Made by a program: the position numbers and the translations under genes. The notes beneath the pieces are model-generated. The model was not told where the DNA came from. It was given only the letters and a program-made list of their open reading frames with translations, and did not search any database. From positions 134,101,098 through 134,142,677 of the forward strand of contig NC_068984.1 of the NCBI RefSeq assembly GCF_001194135.2: a stretch of 41,580 nt of DNA, given 5' to 3'. The DNA comes from Octopus bimaculoides (taxonomy: Eukaryota). Of this stretch, positions 33,672 through 41,580 are shown in pieces (positions within the stretch are counted from its first letter, which is position 1; each line of letters starts with the position of its first letter).

Positions 33672-34110
33672 AATATGGCTTCAGTCCAGGAAAAAGCTGC
33701 CTTACTCAGCTCCGTCTGCATTATGACTGGCTATTTAAACAACTATTCAACTATTCAAATGTGAAGGCCTTTAATAAAATTTTGTGAAGGCTTTCAATAA
33801 AGACCTACACAATGCAAAAGGTCTTTATCAAAGTCACAAATTATTTAACATTGGTTTGTTGGAAAACTTGGAGAATGGCTGCATGACTTCCAAAGAGGTA
33901 GAGGTCAGGCAGTTGCTGCCAACAGTGCTTTCTGAAAGCAAATATAAATTATGAGTAGAGCCAACCAAGGAACTGTCTTGAGGCCATTAGTGTGTACAGT
34001 GTCTCTCTATCAGACATATTATCAATCATATAGGCAACAATGCTCACTACATGTGCTGATAGTACCCAAATGATCAAAGCATCAATGATATCACAAATTT
34101 AATTGTAGGA
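33672..34110 (+). mobile_element. CR1/L2-type LINE reverse transcriptase remnant
   Basis: YGFSPGKSCLTQL..HYDW, GKLGEWLHDF, SRANQGTVLRPL (degenerate SGVPQGTVLGPL) and TCADSTQM (degenerate FADD). Confidence 0.75.
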
Positions 34111-34375
34111 CTCTACACAAGTGGGATGAGAATGAGAGCAAAACTAAAGAAAGCAAATGAGATAAACTAAAAAAAAAAAAGAAAAAAAAAAGAAACAAGA
34201 ACCAACATTCTCAAGCATAGATAGTAACAGAAGATTTACCACTGATCACCCCGATAAAGATGGCTCTTTATCTCTACTAGACTTCCAGCTTAAAATAACA
34301 AAGGGAGGTAATATATACACCAACATTTCTTTGTTGTCCACAAGGGGCTAAACACAGAGGGGACAAACGAGGACT

Positions 34376-35816
34376 GCGATAAGAAGTCGAGGTGACGGAT
34401 TTCTCTCGGCGAGCGGCGATCCGGCTTGGTGTTAAATGCATATACCAGTGGTTAGTGGTCGGTGTATATGGCAAAATTAGTACCTTCTAGCATGTGTCGG
34501 AAATGCTTAACGGCCAGGTATGCCGCTAATAATTCCCGACTGAATGTGCTGTATTTCGTTTCGGAGGGTTTTAATCGCTAAGAAAAGAAAGACAGCGGTT
34601 GCCATATGCTGTCAACAAGCTGCTGTAGCACACTTCCAACTCTGGAATTAGTGGGGCGTCTGGTTTTCGATAAACCAACATAACGTTGGATAATGCTTTT
34701 TTCAGGTCAGCGAAAGAGGCGAGTTGATCTTCATTCAGGGCAATTTCGATGTTTTTGCAAGTTTGTTGACGCAGCAAATCCGTGAGCGGTTGCGCTATCT
34801 CAGCGGGGTGGGGTACGAACCTTCGGTAAAAATTCACTAAACCGAGATATTCCCGTAATTTGCGGAGAGATGTGGGTGGTGGAAAATCCACGATGGCCTT
34901 GACTTTCTCGGGAAGGGGACGAATGTCAATCCTTATCGATGATGTGCCCGAGAAAATGAAGGGAAGCAACTCCGAACGAACACTTGCTGGGGTTGATAAC
35001 AACACCGTATTTGCGGAGGCGTTCGAATAGCAGGTTCAGGTGTTGGTCATGTTCTTCGTCCGAGCTACTGGCGACGAGTATATGTCGTCTATGTAGGCAT
35101 AGACGAAAAGCAAACCTCTAGTAACCATGTCGATAAACCTTTGGAATGTCTGTGCCGCGTTGCGTAAACCGAAAGGCATACGCAGGAATTCAAACATTCC
35201 GAAGAATGTCGTAACTGCTGTTTTGGGTATGTCCGCAGGTTCCACTGGGATTTGGTTGTATGCTCGCTCAAGGTCGATCTTGGAAAAGATGCGAGCTCCA
35301 TGCAGCGAGCTAGAAAAACCCTGCAAATAGGGAACTGGATAGGCATCACTTACAGTTCAGTTGTTCAGCGATCGATAATCACCGCAGACTCGCCAATCGG
35401 TTGATGATTTTTTTTGGGACGCAGTGTATCGGCGAGGACCAGTTGCTGCTCGATGGGCGGATAATTCCAAGGTCGAGCATGTGCTGGAATTCCCGTTTGA
35501 CGGCCTTGAGACGATCAGGTGGTAACCTTCTGGGTCTTGCAGCAACAGGTGGACCGCTGGTTTTGATGTAGTGGGTGACTTCGTGCTTGATCGGCTGGTT
35601 TTGGAATACTGGTCGAGCGACGTCCGGATATTCTTTCAGGATAGCACTGTGACGAGTTGTCGTCGTTGTGAGCAATATAGCTGGACTGACTGTCGTCATA
35701 CGAGCGGCTATGTCACGCACAGTAAGCTGTGTGGCGCTGTCGACAAGTCGTCTGTTTTTAATGTCTATCAAGAGACCGAAATGATGCAGGAAATCGGCTC
35801 CAAAGATAGGGGTCGG
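34376..35816 (-). mobile_element. Ty3/Gypsy pol pseudogene (protease end, RT, RNase H); integrase absent
   Basis: GADFLHHF, IIRPSSSNWSSP, WRVCGDYRSLN, FSKIDLERAYNQIP, MPFGLRNAAQTFQR, YIDD, LGLVNFYRRF, YSTFSRELLA, YTDH*PL. At least three frameshifts, several stops and a deletion at the RNase H DAS motif. Confidence 0.96.
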
Positions 35817-36689
35817 NNNNNNNNNNNNNNNNNNNNNNNNNNNNNNNNNNNNNNNNNNNNNNNNNNNNNNNNNNNNNNNNNNNNNNNNNNNNNNNNNNNN
35901 NNNNNNNNNNNNNNNNNNNNNNNNNNNNNNNNNNNNNNNNNNNNNNNNNNNNNNNNNNNNNNNNNNNNNNNNNNNNNNNNNNNNNNNNNNNNNNNNNNNN
36001 NNNNNNNNNNNNNNNNNNNNNNNNNNNNNNNNNNNNNNNNNNNNNNNNNNNNNNNNNNNNNNNNNNNNNNNNNNNNNNNNNNNNNNNNNNNNNNNNNNNN
36101 NNNNNNNNNNNNNNNNNNNNNNNNNNNNNNNNNNNNNNNNNNNNNNNNNNNNNNNNNNNNNNNNNNNNNNNNNNNNNNNNNNNNNNNNNNNNNNNNNNNN
36201 NNNNNNNNNNNNNNNNNNNNNNNNNNNNNNNNNNNNNNNNNNNNNNNNNNNNNNNNNNNNNNNNNNNNNNNNNNNNNNNNNNNNNNNNNNNNNNNNNNNN
36301 NNNNNNNNNNNNNNNNNNNNNNNNNNNNNNNNNNNNNNNNNNNNNNNNNNNNNNNNNNNNNNNNNNNNNNNNNNNNNNNNNNNNNNNNNNNNNNNNNNNN
36401 NNNNNNNNNNNNNNNNNNNNNNNNNNNNNNNNNNNNNNNNNNNNNNNNNNNNNNNNNNNNNNNNNNNNNNNNNNNNNNNNNNNNNNNNNNNNNNNNNNNN
36501 NNNNNNNNNNNNNNNNNNNNNNNNNNNNNNNNNNNNNNNNNNNNNNNNNNNNNNNNNNNNNNNNNNNNNNNNNNNNNNNNNNNNNNNNNNNNNNNNNNNN
36601 NNNNNNNNNNNNNNNNNNNNNNNNNNNNNNNNNNNNNNNNNNNNNNNNNNNNNNNNNNNNNNNTTGTATAATCCTTTGTACTTTAGGTT

Positions 36690-36884
36690 TGTAGTAACGC
36701 CGTGCGCATGCGTAGTCTCACGCATGCGTGGAATTCAACATCCAAGCTTTCCCGCTTTATTCTGTCTCTTTCTTGCTGGCCAGCGATTGAGCATGGACGT
36801 GTCTAGCTCGCTCTATCTTTCGAACTTACGCTAGACAGCTCACATCAACATACCAACGTCCCAACAACCATGTTCTCACACACA
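36690..36884 (-). mobile_element. Possible LTR (TG...CA, internal AATAAA)
   Basis: Minus strand starts tgtgtgtgag, has AATAAA at 36761-36756 and ends gttactaca; CpG-rich; no PBS or TSD found. Confidence 0.35.
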
Positions 36885-37039
36885 GAAGGCGCCTCAACAA
36901 ACAAGATTAAAGCTGTATATTTTCCACCATGAATAAATATTGTTGAGTTGATAGTTTGGAGTTCAGCGTTCCGTTCATTCTAATTTAATATAGGAAAGCA
37001 GGTGTACATCTAATGATGTATAACCCACTTTCCTATAGG

Positions 37040-37210
37040 TTTAAGGGCTGACATTTTTGGGGAAAACGGGCTATTCAATTACATCGACCCCAGTGTGTAA
37101 CTGGTACTCATTTTATCGACTCCGAAAGAATGAGAGGCAAATTCGACCTCGGTAGAATTTGGACTCAGAAACATTAAGCCCGGAGAAATGCCGCAAAGCA
37201 TTTGTCCGGC
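37040..37210 (-). mobile_element. SINE family B copy (tail variant 2)
   Basis: Reverse complement of the SINE B body seen at 7420-7550 and 39597-39720. Confidence 0.8.
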
Positions 37211-38389
37211 CTGCGGTATAAACCGATAAAAACACTGATTTTCGGCCCTGTTCTTGACAGAAAACGTTTTTGGCATATGTTAGAATGTCTTGACTGAAGT
37301 AAATCCTCTTAGATCAATAAAGTGATTCGACTATTCACAGAGTATCTTCATTTCTAAAGTGAACGACCTGTAATTTTAACACCAGATATATTTTATCAAA
37401 GGGAGATAACTTTAATTTACTTGTTAGAGTTATTTCCCTTCGTCGTGTTTAGAAAATCTTTCCTGGCATGAATGAAACAATAGATTATCCGCTCTATTGA
37501 AAAGCATTACTATTATGCAGCTTGCAGATTTCTCCATTGATAAGTCATTAGTGTTCTACATAAATCTGATACTTAATGACTTGTTCAAACGTTTGTAGTG
37601 GTTAAATGTGTATCATGGTGAGCAGATGCAAAAGGAATGTGTATGTCGTTGAAGTAAACAAATGAGTAAATCGATTCATAGTTAAAATAATTTATTCACT
37701 GGACTTAATTTGTCGTTGGTACACATAATTCTTCACTACATGCAAAATGTTGACAACTGCTACGAGTTGTTAGAAATAGAAACAGGGTTCATCACTATCA
37801 TTCTCTATCCACTCATATCTTTCTCTCTTCCCCTAACCCCTCTCTCCCTCCTCTATGTCTCCGTGCCTCTAACCTTTCTTCAGTTTTCCACTTTTATTTT
37901 CTGAATGACCATTTTTAGTATGTTTATTTGTTTTCCGTGCCTCTCCAGATGAGTTACACAGACTTGAATTTCACAACAAAATTTACAGTATGTTCTTTCG
38001 ATATTTGTTTTACTTGGTTCTAACCATGATGAAAATTAAGAATCCAATAAAAGTTTGTTCGGTAATTTATGATTATATTGTTTAATTCTTTTCTTTGGCG
38101 GAGTTAAACCTAAGTCAGTTTCATCACTGCTTTTATCTTTCGTATTCTTGCTCATCATCAGGGTTATAAATCACTTGTAATTGATAAAAGTTTAACGAGA
38201 TAGTAAGGAAGCATTTATCACTTAATGTATAAGACATGCTACTGACTGGCATTAGAGGCGGCAAGCCAGCGATATTGGATAGTACGTACGATACATGTAT
38301 TGAACACGTTTTATGCCAACTAGCTACCAATTAGCCATAAACTGCCTCGTTATAAAATGTCGCAAAATATATTTTGCAGCTCGGCACCT

Positions 38390-39596
38390 AGAGAGGCAGG
38401 TCGATCCCTCCTGACAGCGTCGTGGGACGTTGGACGGAGGGTCCGATTAAGTTGCTAGGCGTCTGGTTTGGACCAGGCCTCCAAATAGAGAAGAACTGGG
38501 CCGAGGTAGCGAGCAGGGTGGCCCACATAGCCAAGACCTGGTCTTGGTGGTGGCTATTCCTGAAAGGGAGGGCGGAGGTGGCCAATGTGTTCATCGCATC
38601 GGTCATCACCTACCGCCTAACCGTCGTTCCCCGCCCTGATTCATGGTTGAGGAAACTGGAAAGACAGCTCTTCCGCTTCTTGTGGAAGGGTTCGAATCCG
38701 CTTGTGAGACGCTCTATTTTCTGCCAACAACCATTAAAGGGTGGGCTAGGGATACCTTGGCTGATGGTGCGCAGGCACGCGCTGAGGTTGGTAGAGGCGA
38801 AATGTGACGATACCTTGGAGGAAGCCCTAAGACTCGACGATAATCAGATGGCCAGTTTGTTCCAACGTACATTCGGGCTGAAGACACTGGATAACTTCCA
38901 GAAGTCTTTGGTATGGCAATGTTATCGAGGAGCCTTACCTGTCCGGGACAAGCTCGCAAGGCATGGTGGCCCTGGCCCACCGACCTGTTCAAGATGTGGG
39001 CGGGACAGGGAAACCGTCCTGCACGCTATTGTTCAGTGTTCGGATGTGTCAGATGTGTGGGTTTACGAGTACAGCTATCGACTGAGTCAATAGTAAAAAT
39101 TGACCTACCGGATTTCCTATCGAAAGAAGGTAAGAATTGCTTTCTCATCCTAGTAGCAACTGCGAGGGAAATGATTTGGAAGACGCGAGTGAAAGGGTTA
39201 ATAACATGCATTTAAATCTCTGGCCCTGGCTTGGTGAATTTCTTCACCTTCCACCTAAGAACGAAAATGGGGTTAGAGAAAAAATGCCTGTTCGCGAAAA
39301 TGTTCCAAGATCGATGGAAGAATGTCGCACAAATGTTGCGTATGGATGGAACCGCATGAATACAACGCAGGAAGAATCCAAAGCATCAGTGGTGAGACGG
39401 GGTTCGTGGCGTCCGAGCATATCCTGCCTCCCTACTCCATTCTGTATTGTTGTCTTGTATATGTTATCATTCGAACTATTCATATTTATGTAAAATTTTA
39501 AAATTCATCTTTTTGTTAACTCATACGTGAAATCTGACCCCATATCAGATTGTAATGTCCCTTCTTTGTTGTTCCCTTGTGGGAAATAACAAAAAT
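38390..39596 (+). mobile_element. L1/Tx1-clade non-LTR retrotransposon, 5'-truncated ORF2 C-terminus with CCHC finger and 3' UTR
   Basis: IKLLGVWFG, LKGRAEVAN, LERQLFRFLWKG, GGLGIP, GALPVRDKL, CSRCGRDRETVLHAIVQC, AREMIWKTR; an internal deletion and frameshifts are present. Confidence 0.9.
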
Positions 39597-39775
39597 TGCG
39601 AAATGCTTAGCGGTATTTCTTTACGTTCTGAGTTCAAATTCCGACGAGGTTGACTTTGCCTTTCATCCTTTCGAGGGCGATAAATTAAGTACCAGTTGCG
39701 TACTAGGGACGATCTAATCGACTGGCCCCCTCCCCCAAAATTTCGGGCCTTGTGCCTAGAGTAGAAAAGAGTATT
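39597..39775 (+). mobile_element. SINE family B, 5'-truncated, tail variant 2
   Basis: aaatgcttagcggtatttc...gttctgagttcaaattccgacgaggttgactttgcc...ccccctcccccaaaatttcgggcc. Confidence 0.85.
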
Positions 39776-40074
39776 TTTCTCCTAAAAGAGCTGCGTTCTC
39801 CACGGCTTTGTCAAAAGTAACGAGAGCCTCTTCTACACGTGGGAAATCTATTTAACCTATGTACAGGACCCTACCAGACGCAACCGTTCTGGGTCAGAAC
39901 GGACCTGGGAATAATGGTAATTAAGGGGCGACTCCACAATCCCCACAACTCCGGAACTCCCGAACTGGAACCTCACCACTGGATGCAGTTTAATGTTATA
40001 CCCAGGACACACGCACACACACATACATACGTACATACACGACGGGCTTCTACAGTTTCCTATTTCGTTATTGT

Positions 40075-40215
40075 TCACAATGGGCTAAACATAGAGGGGA
40101 CAAACAAGGACAGACAAAAGGATTAAGTCGGAATTTGAACTCAGAACGTAACGGCAGACGAAATACCGATAAACATTTCGCCCGGCATGCTAACGTTTCT
40201 GCCAGCTCGCCGCTT
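40075..40215 (-). mobile_element. SINE family B with internal deletion, tail variant 1
   Basis: The head (ggcggcgagctggcagaaacgttagc) is joined directly to the tail (cgacttaatccttttgtctgtccttgtttgtccc). Confidence 0.8.
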
Positions 40216-40794
40216 CTACAGTTACCGTTAACCAAATTTATTCAAATGATTTCTTACATTGTTGAGCACAATGGAAACTCCTTTGATCTGAATGTCAAAA
40301 ATGCCCTTGTGGGTTGTTTAATTTCATAGTAAGATTAGATACTAGGGATTGGACTCCATATATACTGGAGAGGCTGTGTGGTAAGTAGCTTGCTTACCAA
40401 CCACATGGTTCCGGGTTCAGTCCCACTGCGTGGCACCTTCGGTAAGTGTCTTCTACTATAGTCTCGGGCCGACCAAAGNNNNNNNNNNNNNNNNNNNNNN
40501 NNNNNNNNNNNNNNNNNNNNNNNNNNNNNNNNNNNNNNNNNNNNNNNNNNNNNNNNNNNNNNNNNNNNNNNNNNNNNNNNNNNNNNNNNNNNNNNNNNNN
40601 NNNNNNNNNNNNNNNNNNNNNNNNNNNCTTGACGACCGATGCTGGTGTTTACGTCCCCGTAACTTAGCGGTTCGGCCAAAAAAAATAGAATAAGTACTAG
40701 GCTTACAAAGAATAAGTCGATTTGCTCGACTAAAGGCGGTGCTCCAGCATGGCCACAGTCAAATGATTGAAACAAGTAAAAGAGTAAAGAATAA

Positions 40795-41300
40795 AGACTA
40801 TTTAATGGTTAATAATACTTCTGTTTGTCTATTTCCGATTGACAAATAGAGGTATGGCCATGGGTTGGCCATGTATTTCGGATACCGAGTAACTGTTTCC
40901 CAAAGACGGTCTTCTTCATTGATATCGAGACTGGATTAGGCCTCATGGACGTCCAAAACTTCATTTTCTTGATCATCTCAAGCAGTCTCTCATTTTATGC
41001 GGTTTCCCTCCCAATCGGTTGGAGTCCCTGGCTGTTAATCGGCAGGCATGACGGTCCACGAGTAATGCTGGAGTAGAGCGTTTTGAAACCGAACACCAGA
41101 GACTGCATGAAGAGAGGAGGAGACATCGTCAGCAACCCCCTGCGGCTGTTGTTCGTGGTCACTTTCGGTGCTTTCAATGCTACAAGATCTGCCTATCTTG
41201 TATTGCTCTTGTCAGCTCCCATGAGAAACAACGTGTTGGAGGCAGAGAAAGTTGAATGTCTTGGATCGACGCTATCATCACCTCTGATGGACTGTCATAA
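40795..41300 (+). mobile_element. RTE-clade LINE 3' end
   Basis: WVGHVFRIP..FPKTVF, HGRPKLHFLDHLKQSL, LESLAVNRQA*RS, FRCFQCYKICLS..LVSSH (terminal Cys/His motif); frameshifted. Confidence 0.85.
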
Positions 41301-41325
41301 GCAACCAAAAAATTCGCCTACTATA

Positions 41326-41452
41326 CAGGGTGTCCACAAAGTCTGGGTACATGGAGATTAACACATACTTTAAGAAATTTTTATTTCTTATATTTAATTG
41401 TTTATGTTATGATTTTATTTACTCCATGTACCCAGACCTTGTGGACACCCTG
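41326..41452. mobile_element. Tc1/mariner-type MITE, 127 bp
   Basis: 31 bp TIRs cagggtgtccacaaagtctgggtacatggag with one mismatch; TA duplication at 41324-41325 and 41453-41454. Confidence 0.92.
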
Positions 41453-41580
41453 TAGTATGTGTTGGATTTCTTCTTTCGTTGTGTGATAAACAATGAAAGT
41501 ATTGGAAATTCTTTGGTGTAGTCTTGTGGAACTGTCTGATCCCGTGTTCCGATAGAGTAAACGTGTTTTACGAAAATGTT

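Noticed and set aside
38138-38161. CUGAUGA...GAAA on the minus strand
   Set aside because: No stem II, III or I can be formed. Heptamers near 8708, 11785, 18530, 24175, 28170 and 28835 fail for the same reason.
4347-40775. Long ORFs containing X runs or [12 protein letters not shown] repeats
   Set aside because: They are artefacts of N gaps and dinucleotide microsatellites.

Overview
AT-rich, repeat-dense animal genomic scaffold with many N gaps. The SINE, RTE and microsatellite landscape looks like an Octopus-type coleoid cephalopod; this is recognised from memory, not verified. One host gene is present: a minus-strand gamma-glutamyltranspeptidase / glutathione hydrolase of the GGT7 type. 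Six phase-compatible coding exons were assembled by hand (28773-28818, 15567-15690, 9343-9451, 2630-2781, 2029-2152, 756-823; 207 codons), and the gene runs off the left edge. Everything else is intronic or intergenic repeat: tRNA-derived SINEs, RTE, CR1 and Tx1 LINE remnants, a dead Ty3/Gypsy pol, mariner/Tc1, hAT and ISL2EU-like DNA elements, and MITEs. The signals not explained by the ORF track are: (i) six minimal type I hammerhead-ribozyme folds of Penelope type in the introns of the GGT gene, four with an intact catalytic core, and two of those flanking one exon in sense orientation; (ii) a 5S rRNA head fused to the common SINE 3' tail and inserted as one unit (candidate SINE3); (iii) an ISL2EU-like TIR element carrying a SAP + SWIM ORF remnant; (iv) several long intronic fold-backs; (v) a SINE tail resembling the 3' end of a Tx1-clade LINE. 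All alignments and folds were done by eye; no searches were run.
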